64,000 bases of DNA, taken from NCBI GenBank assembly GCA_964502145.1, contig CAZCVI010000010.1:44068-108067 (forward strand), written 5' to 3'. The translations under genes and the position numbers were made by a program. The stretch's first letter is position 1. Every line of letters begins with the position of its first letter. Source of the DNA: an uncultured Clostridia bacterium. GTDB lineage: Bacteria; Acidobacteriota; Aminicenantia; UBA2199. Of the stretch, positions 55,421-64,000 are shown one piece after another. The notes beneath the pieces were generated by a model that saw only the letters and a program-made list of their open reading frames with translations, was not told the DNA's origin and ran no database searches.

Positions 55421-57493
55421 TTACGTCCCTAAGATTTGTTTTAATGCCGCTGCGACTGTGGTTACGGGGAGGCGGCAGGTTTTGTTGCGGCAGACGTAAA
55501 TAAGGGTCTGCCCGGGTATGAACTTTGCTGCCAACAACGGCAGTTTACCCTCGGTTTTTCCACCCATTAACAAGATGTGGGGCAGGAAGTGTTGGGAGAG
55601 TTGTTGGCGTAATGATTGGCAATTCTCACCGACAATGGCGACTTCTGCGGGAGGAATGGTGAAATAGAGTAATAATACTCCCCAGTTGGCGTAATAGGGA
55701 CCATGGCTGAGAACATCTTCTATGACATTGTTGAGCATATGACGGGAGGTTTGGGTGTACTCTTTTTTATCGAAATATTGGCCGAGCAAATAGAGGTTGA
55801 GAGCCATCTGGGAATTGGAGGCGGGGATCACATTGTCGAGAATCTCCATTTTACGGGCAATCAACTGAGGGTCCAGATCAGAAGTATAAAAGAACATGCG
55901 GCTCTGTTCATCAAAGAAATGAGCGAAGGTGTAATTGACGAGTTGTTCAGCGACTGACAACCATTTTTCATTAAAGGTGGCCTGATAGAGAACGATAAAT
56001 GCATCGATCGTAAAGGCATAATCGTCTAAGAATCCGTTTATGGATGAAACACCATTTTTATAGTTGCGGTTTAAACGTCCGTCCTTGTCCATCATGTTGT
56101 TGACGATAAAATCAGCATTACTAAGGGCGTGATCCAAAAAATGGGGGTCGTCAAATACGCGGTACGCGTCAATATATGCCTTGAGCATGAGTCCATTCCA
56201 AGCGGTCAGGATTTTATCGTCAAGGGCGGGACGTATCCGTTGGGCGCGGGTTTTTTGCAGTTGGTGACGGGCTTTGGCCAGAGTCTCTTGCAGGTGGGCG
56301 GGGGTTATTTGATGCTGAATGGCGAATTCTTGGTCTGTTTTGGTTCTGAAGAGGATATTGCTGCCATTCTCCCAGTTCCCTGCCTGGGTGATATTGAAAT
56401 AATCGCAAATCAAAGGGGCATTTAACCCCAAGAGTGTAGCAATTTCTTTTTTTGTCCAGACATAAAATTTCCCTTCTTCTCCCTCGCTGTCAGCATCAAG
56501 GGACGAATAGAACCCATTTCCGCCATGGGTTGCAGGGGGAGCGGTTAATTCCTGTTCGACGAATTCCAGGGTTTGGTAGACGATGGATTTATATAATGGG
56601 TTTTTAGTAAATGGATACGCTTGGGAATAGAGGCTGACCAGTTGCGCATTATCATAGAGCATTTTTTCAAAATGGGGGACTTTCCAGTATTGGTCGGTGG
56701 AGTAGCGGGCGAAACCACCGCCTGCTTGATCATAAATACCACCCATGGCCATTTTATCGAGGGTAACGGTAACAGATTTCAGGGCATTGTCGCCCAGGGT
56801 GCGGTCGAGGCGGGAGGTGTGGCGGGTGAGATAATAATAATGAAGGAGGTAGCGATAACCAATGGGCAGTGGAAACTTGGGGGCCCGCTTTTCACCACCC
56901 CACACATAATCGAAGTTGTTTTGCCAGGATGCCACGATTTGGTCGGGAGAATGGACATCAAAGTCGGGAGGGGAGGGGTCGAGAGCCATAGCACTGGATT
57001 GACGGATACCTTGGGTTACTGACTGGGCTTGATCGATAAGCTTTTGGGGTTCCTCTTGATATATACTGTGAATCTGGTTGAGCAACATAAGCCAGCGTTC
57101 TTTGGTGAAGTAAGTGCCAGCAAAAAAGGGTTTGCCATCGGGTAACGCGAACGCATTGAGGGGCCAGCCGCCGCTTCCGGTTAACATCTGGGCGGCTTCC
57201 ATGTAAACCTGATCAATATCGGGGCGCTCTTCGCGATCCACTTTAATGGCTACAAAATAGGTGTTCATGATGGTGGCGACTTCTTCATTGGAAAAAGATT
57301 CGTGTTCCATGACGTGGCACCAGTGACAGGCAGTGTAGCCAATGCTAATGATGAGGGGTTTATTTTCCTGGTGGGCTTTTTCCAGGGCTTCGGGACCCCA
57401 GGGGTACCAGTCCACGGGGTTGTGGGCGTGTAGTAGCAGGTAGGGGCTACTCTCGTGTATTAAATGATTGGTATAAATGAATTTACGTTTCAT
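55421..57493 (-). CDS. thioredoxin-domain protein YyaL/DUF255 (N-terminal Trx-like plus six-hairpin-glycosidase-like domain)
   Basis: '[50 protein letters not shown]'. Start at the internal ATG with AGAGGA RBS (690 aa). The track ORF runs 76 codons further. Confidence 0.75.
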   Translation of the reverse strand: MKRKFIYTNHLIHESSPYLLLHAHNPVDWYPWGPEALEKAHQENKPLIISIGYTACHWCHVMEHESFSNEEVATIMNTYFVAIKVDREERPDIDQVYMEAAQMLTGSGGWPLNAFALPDGKPFFAGTYFTKERWLMLLNQIHSIYQEEPQKLIDQAQSVTQGIRQSSAMALDPSPPDFDVHSPDQIVASWQNNFDYVWGGEKRAPKFPLPIGYRYLLHYYYLTRHTSRLDRTLGDNALKSVTVTLDKMAMGGIYDQAGGGFARYSTDQYWKVPHFEKMLYDNAQLVSLYSQAYPFTKNPLYKSIVYQTLEFVEQELTAPPATHGGNGFYSSLDADSEGEEGKFYVWTKKEIATLLGLNAPLICDYFNITQAGNWENGSNILFRTKTDQEFAIQHQITPAHLQETLAKARHQLQKTRAQRIRPALDDKILTAWNGLMLKAYIDAYRVFDDPHFLDHALSNADFIVNNMMDKDGRLNRNYKNGVSSINGFLDDYAFTIDAFIVLYQATFNEKWLSVAEQLVNYTFAHFFDEQSRMFFYTSDLDPQLIARKMEILDNVIPASNSQMALNLYLLGQYFDKKEYTQTSRHMLNNVIEDVLSHGPYYANWGVLLLYFTIPPAEVAIVGENCQSLRQQLSQHFLPHILLMGGKTEGKLPLLAAKFIPGQTLIYVCRNKTCRLPVTTVAAALKQILGT

Positions 57494-57612
57494 GATTATG
57501 TTATCCTCTTTAAAAACGGTGAGATTGTTTCGGGTTAACCATAATAATACAAAACGGTTTATTTTGAAAGCTTTTTTTTTATTTTTATTGAAAAGCAGGG
57601 GCAGAGGGGGAG

Positions 57613-57717
57613 TTAAAGCCGTGATAAGATGTACTGATTGACAGACACTCCTTCCTTGATTTCTTCTTCGAGGAAATTGAGATGTTTGACCAGCCTGTCT
57701 GCAAATTCTTGGTTCAT
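57613..57717 (-). CDS. 34-aa small ORF translationally coupled (ATGA) to the nucleotidyltransferase gene
   Basis: [34 protein letters not shown]. Its ATG overlaps the TGA of the upstream gene. Below the ORF-track cutoff. Speculative. Confidence 0.25.
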   Translation of the reverse strand: MNQEFADRLVKHLNFLEEEIKEGVSVNQYILSRL

Positions 57718-58187
57718 GCACTGCACCTTATGAGGAAATCATCTATTCTCATTTGCATTAAATCTTCAGCATCACGGGAAACTGTTTCTATATAATCAAA
57801 GTAGAGGTTCCAGTCTTTCATTGCCACTTGGATGCCCCGGGTGGCGCTGGCGCATATAACTGCGGCGGCGCGATTGAGGACCAGTAATTCAACTTCTTTA
57901 CCCAGCAAAAGATCTAAATCCGCCCATATTTCATCCTCGCCATTATAATAAACTTCCTCTTCATATTGAATGGGGGTTCTGACTGCCGGGTAAAAATAAA
58001 CCGCAATATCCACATCCGAGTTCTTGTGTGCTGTGCCTCTGGCATAGGAACCGTACAGGAAGGCAAAGGCAATGTCGGTCCTTTTCAAAAAATAATGTTT
58101 TAGCTTGTTCAGTAGCCCTGTTTCTATTAACATGTGTTCATTATAATATTTTGAGAATGTTTTGGCAAGTGCTTTTTCTAAAAACAT
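57714..58187 (-). CDS. nucleotidyltransferase-domain protein (Pol-beta/MNT superfamily)
   Basis: '[26 protein letters not shown]' (GS...DxD). Start at the internal ATG with GAAGG RBS, which avoids overlap with comEC. Confidence 0.6.
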   Translation of the reverse strand: MFLEKALAKTFSKYYNEHMLIETGLLNKLKHYFLKRTDIAFAFLYGSYARGTAHKNSDVDIAVYFYPAVRTPIQYEEEVYYNGEDEIWADLDLLLGKEVELLVLNRAAAVICASATRGIQVAMKDWNLYFDYIETVSRDAEDLMQMRIDDFLIRCSA

Positions 58188-58212
58188 AAAACCTTCAAGC
58201 TGGAAGTCTGGG

Positions 58213-60606
58213 CTACTTTGATGTCTCAATCTTGAGTTGTCGGGGCAACGACACCAGATGAATACCACCCCTGGGAGCGGTGGCGATATAAGGGATATTT
58301 TGTTGCTTGTAATTGCTGATCACTTTTTTATGCGGAAAGCCGAAACGATTGCCTTGACCATAAGAGAAAACAGCCAGACGGGGTGTAGTGCATTTTAAGA
58401 ATTCTGGGCTGGAAGAAGTGGCGCTCCCATGATGGGGAACTTTGAGCACATCGACCTGCAAGTTGGAACACTCTGTGTTTACCAATTGGCTTTCCACTTC
58501 TTTTTCAATGTCTCCAGTAAATAAAAAGGAGTGGTGTGGGTCTGAGATTTTAAGCACCTGGGAATGGTTGTTGTGGGGCTTAACATCGGTGATCACCTGG
58601 GTGGGGAAGAACCATTGAATAGTACAACCACCAACTTTTTTTATCCTCGGCGCGGTGGTCCATACCAGGGTGGTGCTACTGGGAACTTCACGCCGCAACG
58701 CTTGATATAAAGGGTCTTCCGGTGTGTCGGAAGCGAGCCACAACTCCTCGGGTTTTAATATCCGCAAGATTTCGGTAAGGCCGCGGATATGATCGGCATG
58801 GTAATGGGAAACCGCGACCCAACGGATATGAATTCGTTGTTGCAGCAGAAAGGGCAGCACGATGTTGCGCCCTACTTGGAAATCGGAATAATATACGCCA
58901 CCGCCATCAATAAGCAATGCATCGCCACCAGGAAAGACAATAACCTGGGAATCCCCCTGCCCTACATCCAGAAAAAAAACTTCGAGGTTGGCGGGAGTAT
59001 AAAAAAAGATACTCAACGACATCCATACACAGAGAAGAAGAACAATAGTGGCGGCGGAAATTTTTTGTACCCAGGAGCGGCATACGGGAAGACAAGCAAA
59101 GGAGATTAATACGAACAACACGAGGGCAAAAGGTGGCGCGGCACGGTAGATGGTCAGGTCTACGACATCGGAGAAGATGTAAGAGATATAGAAGAAAAGG
59201 TTTAGCAATGGATCGATCACTATCAATAGGTACTGCGATAGCACGGCGGATAAGGGCGCGAGTGGAATCAATAAAAAACCGAGACCGAGGATAACGGCGG
59301 TCAGGGGCACCAGTAGTAAGCCAGCAAAAAATCCGCTGAAAGAGTAGCGTTTAAAAAAATAGAGGGACAAGGGTAAAGCGATAATGGCGGCAGATAGATT
59401 GGCGGATAGGGTTTCACCGAGATATGAGCGTTCTTCTCTAAACATTTTCCAACGGGTCAACTTGAAAAGGGGCAAAAATATTCTACGTCCAATTACAATG
59501 GTGACGGTTAGGGCAAACGTTAAGATAAACCCGGCATCAAGAAACTCGGCAGGGTTACGGGCCAACAGGATTACGCCGCAAAAGGAGATTATATTATATA
59601 TATCGACATCCAGGTAAAGTATCTTGGCGATAAAAATCAAAATAGCCATGATTACGGCCCGTTCGGCGGATATTTTAAAACCGGAAAGCACCAGGAATAC
59701 GATTAATACCAGGGCGGTTAAAATATAGCGTTTTCTGAAGGATACGTTAACGAGTTTTAAGAGTGCGAGGCAGCCAATGGCGATGATACCGATATGGGCG
59801 CCGGAAATAGCCAACAGATGATAAATACCCGCATTGATCAGTTGTTCCTTTTGCAGGTCTTCCAGTTCTCCCCGATCACCCAGTAACATGGCCAAGAGTA
59901 AAACACCTTTTTTATCCAGTACACTTTCCTCTACTGAAGGGGTGGTGTTGTTGCGGTATTTTTTTTCAATGGTCTGGCGTATCTGGTTTCGCCATGTTCC
60001 GATCACGCGCCAAAACCAGGGAGCGGGGGCTGCAAGAGTAATCAATTGCGCGGATTTGCAAAAGCTATTGAAATGGGTTCTTTTGAGCAGGAGAAGATTC
60101 TCTATAGGATTAGTGAAGACGTTTTTGTTCCCGGTGTTTCTGTACATGCGGGTATCAATGATAATATGATCGCCCCGGTTCAGGTACACCAGATTGCCGT
60201 TTACTTCGATACGTACATTAAAGGAGACGGCAATTTTTTTTTGCTGGTATTCCAGATTATAGGCGTGGAGGAAAATAACGGAGTGATCCGGGTGGATTTC
60301 GGGGTAATCTTTCAATTGGCCAAACAGGGAGATGGCGCGGTCGTCGGGAATAGTGGCGGTTGTTTCGATGATCTGGTAAAAGGTCTCTTTTTCCTTGATA
60401 AATTGGCCGGTGATTAATAAAACAATGGCCAGTGCTATCAAGATGTAGCCGTGGGTGTACTTTTTAAAGTAATAGAAGACTAGTGCTGCAACAATGAAAA
60501 AAATTAAAAGAGAGTGTACGATCTCATAACCAATTATATCCAGGTGATGAACGAGGGCCAGCATGGCTAAGGTGCCTAAAAAGATGGGGGTGAAGAGATT
60601 TTTCAT
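58213..60606 (-). CDS. comEC: DNA internalization competence protein ComEC/Rec2 (DUF4131 + competence + metallo-beta-lactamase domains)
   Basis: Polytopic. 'LLGDRGELEDLQKEQLINAGIYHLLAISGAHIG'. MBL 'VSHYHADHIRGL', 'VPHHGS'. Stop is TAG. Confidence 0.75.
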   Translation of the reverse strand: MKNLFTPIFLGTLAMLALVHHLDIIGYEIVHSLLIFFIVAALVFYYFKKYTHGYILIALAIVLLITGQFIKEKETFYQIIETTATIPDDRAISLFGQLKDYPEIHPDHSVIFLHAYNLEYQQKKIAVSFNVRIEVNGNLVYLNRGDHIIIDTRMYRNTGNKNVFTNPIENLLLLKRTHFNSFCKSAQLITLAAPAPWFWRVIGTWRNQIRQTIEKKYRNNTTPSVEESVLDKKGVLLLAMLLGDRGELEDLQKEQLINAGIYHLLAISGAHIGIIAIGCLALLKLVNVSFRKRYILTALVLIVFLVLSGFKISAERAVIMAILIFIAKILYLDVDIYNIISFCGVILLARNPAEFLDAGFILTFALTVTIVIGRRIFLPLFKLTRWKMFREERSYLGETLSANLSAAIIALPLSLYFFKRYSFSGFFAGLLLVPLTAVILGLGFLLIPLAPLSAVLSQYLLIVIDPLLNLFFYISYIFSDVVDLTIYRAAPPFALVLFVLISFACLPVCRSWVQKISAATIVLLLCVWMSLSIFFYTPANLEVFFLDVGQGDSQVIVFPGGDALLIDGGGVYYSDFQVGRNIVLPFLLQQRIHIRWVAVSHYHADHIRGLTEILRILKPEELWLASDTPEDPLYQALRREVPSSTTLVWTTAPRIKKVGGCTIQWFFPTQVITDVKPHNNHSQVLKISDPHHSFLFTGDIEKEVESQLVNTECSNLQVDVLKVPHHGSATSSSPEFLKCTTPRLAVFSYGQGNRFGFPHKKVISNYKQQNIPYIATAPRGGIHLVSLPRQLKIETSK

Positions 60607-60710
60607 CTCATTCGCACGGTTTAATCCAACTGTATATGCATTCTTTCATGCCAGTATTATAAAGAAGATGTTAAATTATTTCAAGTGGGGGAATGCATTT
60701 TGGAATGGTT

Positions 60711-60756
60711 AACTGGACTATCTGGACTGACTGGACACACTGGACCAACTGGATAG
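60711..60756. repeat. tandem 9-bp array NNCTGGACN x5
   Basis: aaCTGGACt atCTGGACt gaCTGGACa caCTGGACc aaCTGGATa, read directly. Between comEC and the DUF2293 gene. Confidence 0.85.
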
Positions 60757-60811
60757 GTAAAGTTTTTCTTGAAAAGGTGTTTGGATGGAGGCGGGATAAT
60801 ATGTGGTGAAT

Positions 60812-61531
60812 TTAGGATATTGGGGTGTCTTGTTTTACCCAGCGGGACAATAGTTTGTTCACTATGGGTGCTACTTGTTCCCTCGCTTCACAGCGGTCTA
60901 TGCCACGACTGAGTAATTTATCGTATGGGGTTTTTTGATGGCGGATATGGGCGATTACCGCCAGTTTTATCGCTTCAGGGGAGAAGTGTTTGGCCTGAGA
61001 AGTACGACCAATTCGACCGCTGTATTTTTGACAGGCATGGTGGGTGATGATTGTCGCTTTTCCTTTAGGGCAGTTGGGGTAGAGTTCTTTGATACGGGTG
61101 GAGAATTGGTCCACATATATTTGATCCATTTCGGATCGTATTAACACGTTTCGTTCTTTGCGACGTTCGCGGGCGTCTTTATCAGCGAAGCATTCTTGTT
61201 CTGCTTGCTCTATAGCAGCTTCTTCTACCAGCAGTCCTTGTCTTTCGTATTGTTTGCGTGCTCGGCTCCATTTTAGTACGACGGCAGAGAGGGCGGAGTA
61301 TTTGCGGGAACGGCGGGTTAAAGCAGCATCGCCAGAAGGAAGAAAAATAAGGTGATCGAGATCGGCACAGGAAAGGCAGTTGGCACCTTTTTCACCGTTC
61401 AGAAAAATCCAGGCATTAGGTCCGAGGGTTTCGCCACATTCATCGCAGGTGGTATCCTTGCTTTGGGTGATAAATACTTTTAAATCAAACTGTTGTTCTA
61501 CTTTATCTACAGGTTTTTTTGGTTGTTCCAT
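60812..61531 (-). CDS. DUF2293-domain protein with N-terminal Cys cluster
   Basis: C-terminal 'LAVIAHIRHQKTPYDKLLSRGIDRCEAREQVAPIV' fits the DUF2293 pattern. N-terminus 'CDECGETLGPNAW...CLSCADLDH'. Confidence 0.5.
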   Translation of the reverse strand: MEQPKKPVDKVEQQFDLKVFITQSKDTTCDECGETLGPNAWIFLNGEKGANCLSCADLDHLIFLPSGDAALTRRSRKYSALSAVVLKWSRARKQYERQGLLVEEAAIEQAEQECFADKDARERRKERNVLIRSEMDQIYVDQFSTRIKELYPNCPKGKATIITHHACQKYSGRIGRTSQAKHFSPEAIKLAVIAHIRHQKTPYDKLLSRGIDRCEAREQVAPIVNKLLSRWVKQDTPIS

Positions 61532-61784
61532 GATAATGGGATTATATCATACAATGGCGAATCCGTTCAAGTTTCATCATAAAATCCCAGCAATTCTCAT
61601 TTTGCGTATTATTTCTGTGAACACTCAACGGCCATCAATTTGGCATTCTGCTCCATTCTGGGAATCCCGGTCATCGGATAATCCGACGCATCACGGTTCA
61701 GAAACTATTTCTTCCTATATTCTTTTTGGGTTGCCATCTTTTGAAAATAGCATCGTTTTCCAGTACAATAATCCTTTAGTCTTT

Positions 61785-63407
61785 TTATAGATCGGTGCGA
61801 CCTATACCGATGATAAAACTGGTGACTGTTTTATCGCCTGCGGGATAATCCTGGGGTATACATTCATCTCCGACGGGTGTCCGGGTATCAAAAATCACCA
61901 GATATCCTTCCTGGCAAAACTCGGTGGCCAGATATTTGCTGGCTAACTGGGCAATGCCCTGGTTAAGTAAACGGGTGATACTTTTCTGGCGATTCATTTT
62001 GGTCTCGATAATATATCTTTTTCCCTTGTAAGATAAGATAATATCCATCACCCCGAACCCGGACCTGACTTCATAACGCAACTCGCCGCCACCACCTTTG
62101 ACAAACTGGTAAAGCCACGCGGTCAATAGGAACTGGCCGGTTTTCTCAGTGGGCCGCTTCTCTTTATAAAAAGCCACCACACCGATTTGTGAAATATATT
62201 GATCGAAATCCAAGAGGATGTTTTTCATATCCAAGCGCTGGCCCGGTAATTCATATTTTTGCGGGGGTATCACATCGTTGGCGTCTACTTCTTTGAAAAA
62301 CGCATTCACGTAACGTGCTTTATAAATGGAATTGGCCACGACGGCTTTACCGTCGTGATTCTTGATTAAACCGAACTGCTCCAGCCATGATTGATCTTTA
62401 TTTTCGGGATTAAATTCGACATGATCAAACACGATTTCAATGAAGGTCTCTTTATACTGGTGCGCTTTCTCGGAAAGATTGTCGAAATGCTGATTATTTT
62501 CTTTGAGCAAAAGCTGGATGGCTTTATCCACATCTTGGTCATTGATCGGTTCCACCGTGTTGGGTTTGACATCCATGGTTAAAATGGTTCCCAAGCGATT
62601 GACCAGCCAGGGTTGCCCTGCCGTTTCGGCATGGACTTTTTGTACAGCCTCATTGGTGAAGGGCTGGTTCGTTTCTGCGGTGTATTGGGCATAGAGATCA
62701 TGGACATTTTGCAGCGAAAAAGGAGGAAGATTCACATGATCGGCGATATTAAAGGGCGATACGCCGCCCACCACGAGCTTGGTAATATTACGAATGCCAA
62801 TCAAACCGACGGAATAGAGCGCTTTGGGTTGATCTGATTTGTATTTCAAATATAACGTTCGTATTGATGCGAGAAAATCCTCTAACTCTTTGATTGGAAT
62901 CCCGTCAAACTCGTCGATAAGAACGACGATTTTTTTGAATTGCAGTATCTCGTTTAATCCCTCGAACAGCAACCTGAAAGAGATGTTGTCGTCTAAATGG
63001 TGATTCTTTAAAAACTGGAATACGGTATTGGCCTTATCACACCCGACCTCTTTTAGTCGATGGGTTAATTGTGTATACAGATCCGTTTCAATCAATGAAT
63101 AAAACTCTTTCTTACTTAGATTTTTATAGTCCTGAAAACTCAGTAATATAATCGCATAAGTCTTATCCCGGTGTAATTCTGTTCTCACTCGTTCAAGAAA
63201 GGTGGTTTTGCCACTTTGTCTGGGAGCAAAAATTGAAAAATACCGGCCATGGTCGATCATGGTTTGAATATTTTTCTTATCCGTGTTGGTGACCCCTTCC
63301 AAAATAACATAATAGGCGTCTTCTGGATGGACTGTACCTGATTTTTCAAACAGTCGTTTTGGCTTTTGATATGGTTTATTGGTGGCATTCAATTGAGTTT
63401 TATTCAT
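61785..63407 (-). CDS. predicted AAA-ATPase (PF09820-like) fused to a PD-(D/E)xK nuclease-like C-terminal domain
   Basis: 'FSIFAPRQSGKTTFL' Walker A. 'VVLIDEFD' Walker B. C-terminal 'YEVRSGFGVMDIILSYKGKRYIIETKM' is PD-(D/E)xK-like. Confidence 0.55.
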   Translation of the reverse strand: MNKTQLNATNKPYQKPKRLFEKSGTVHPEDAYYVILEGVTNTDKKNIQTMIDHGRYFSIFAPRQSGKTTFLERVRTELHRDKTYAIILLSFQDYKNLSKKEFYSLIETDLYTQLTHRLKEVGCDKANTVFQFLKNHHLDDNISFRLLFEGLNEILQFKKIVVLIDEFDGIPIKELEDFLASIRTLYLKYKSDQPKALYSVGLIGIRNITKLVVGGVSPFNIADHVNLPPFSLQNVHDLYAQYTAETNQPFTNEAVQKVHAETAGQPWLVNRLGTILTMDVKPNTVEPINDQDVDKAIQLLLKENNQHFDNLSEKAHQYKETFIEIVFDHVEFNPENKDQSWLEQFGLIKNHDGKAVVANSIYKARYVNAFFKEVDANDVIPPQKYELPGQRLDMKNILLDFDQYISQIGVVAFYKEKRPTEKTGQFLLTAWLYQFVKGGGGELRYEVRSGFGVMDIILSYKGKRYIIETKMNRQKSITRLLNQGIAQLASKYLATEFCQEGYLVIFDTRTPVGDECIPQDYPAGDKTVTSFIIGIGRTDL

Positions 63408-63507
63408 GCTCTAATCATATTTCAATCAATGGAATTTGTCAAGTAAGGCCTGCTTAACCTAAATCCACCACCAAGGTTTAAAAAGAACCCCGGATAACCG
63501 TGGCACG

Positions 63508-63601
63508 CTGGACTATCTGGACATACTGGACTTACTGGACAAGCTGGAAAAATCAACGGTTTTGTGAAATCCAGTAAGTCCAGAATGTCCAGATAGTCCA
63601 G
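63508..63601. repeat. palindromic double array: 4 x CTGGACNNN, ~23-bp centre, then 3-4 x NNNGTCCAG
   Basis: gCTGGACtatCTGGACataCTGGACttaCTGGACaagctggaaaaatcaacggttttgtgaaatCCAGtaaGTCCAGaatGTCCAGataGTCCAG. Upstream of the AAA-ATPase gene. Confidence 0.85.
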
Positions 63602-63704
63602 TTTTTTCTGAAACTTGGCGGTGAATCCAGGTTAACAGGAAAAAAACAAAAAAAGCGCATCCGGTGGGGCCGGATGCGCTTTGTTCTATAGCATAGACAA
63701 TACG

Positions 63705-64000
63705 TTATTTCAAAATGGTGAAATTGGCATTGCTGGTGTCTTGGGCAGTTACACCATTGGCAATGATTTTTACTTTACAGGCTGTTTTGTTGCTGCTGAC
63801 GCTGGGTAACAGCCATTGGTAAGTACTGGTATTGGCGGTGGAAGTAGTGATGGTGGTCCAACTGGTGCCGCCATTTAAGGTGTATTGGAGTTTTACGGTG
63901 GAGATATTGCCAGTAGAGGTCCAGGTAATGGGATGGGTAGTGCTCTTTTTCCAGGATTCGCCGCCATTGGGCGCGGTCACGGTGATGGAGGGGGAACGCC
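63705..64000 (-). CDS. C-terminal end of a larger secreted repeat protein (gene continues past the window)
   Basis: Frame open to position 64000. '...SITVTAPNGGESW..ITW....ISTVKLQYTLNGGTSWTTI....NTSTYQWLLP.......CKVKI' is a recurring ~85-aa beta-sandwich module found in many surface proteins. Confidence 0.5.
   Translation of the reverse strand, partial: RSPSITVTAPNGGESWKKSTTHPITWTSTGNISTVKLQYTLNGGTSWTTITTSTANTSTYQWLLPSVSSNKTACKVKIIANGVTAQDTSNANFTILK

Noticed and set aside
63501-63520. TGGCACG immediately before the CTGGAC palindrome as a sigma-54 -24 element.
   Set aside because: No TTGC(A/T) -12 element at the required 4-5-bp spacing.

Overview
This 64-kb window is bacterial chromosome: dense coding on both strands, AGGAG-type Shine-Dalgarno sites, and a mix of ATG/GTG/TTG starts. 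Every functional call below comes from motif-level reading of the translated ORFs and the raw DNA. No database search was run, so family assignments are informed recognition, not verified hits.

Backbone genes present:
- a 5'-truncated mevalonate-pathway MVD
- nadB-nadC
- serC-serA
- an MsbA-like ABC exporter
- yicC-gmk, followed by separately encoded coaC and coaB
- a family-4 uracil-DNA glycosylase
- a PriA-like gene whose helicase motifs look degenerate
- pheS-pheT
- a ParA/MinD ATPase
- a YyaL-type thioredoxin-domain protein
- comEC

Accessory blocks:
1. A complete bacterial-type pyrrolysine cassette, pylT-pylSc-pylB-pylC-pylD-pylSn (43.16-47.89 kb, minus strand). It includes a tRNA-Pyl(CUA) that is not in the ORF track. 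It sits next to a MetH-activation-domain-like gene and an MttB-superfamily methyltransferase that has no in-frame amber codon.
2. A Hanks Ser/Thr-kinase / PP2C / FHA operon whose last gene is an S1-protease-TM-FHA fusion. A ZZ-zinc-finger-trypsin fusion gene is divergently placed next to it.
3. A MoxR-DUF58-VWA (Bat-like) operon led by a membrane protein carrying a ~300-residue poly-Gln tandem-repeat tract.
4. A 1384-aa secreted repeat protein with 9 tandem ~92-aa modules plus Ig-like and BACON domains. It is flanked by CACGAAT-repeat elements and followed by a small islet holding a YwbE-like gene and a truncated IS4-like transposase.
5. A family of 9-bp-periodic CTGGACNNN tandem arrays at 4 or more intergenic loci, plus a dispersed ~40-bp palindromic element (2 copies).

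Two tRNAs are present: tRNA-Lys(CUU) and tRNA-Pyl(CUA). No rRNA and no CRISPR array were seen. TAG is a frequently used stop codon here, including on pylC itself.
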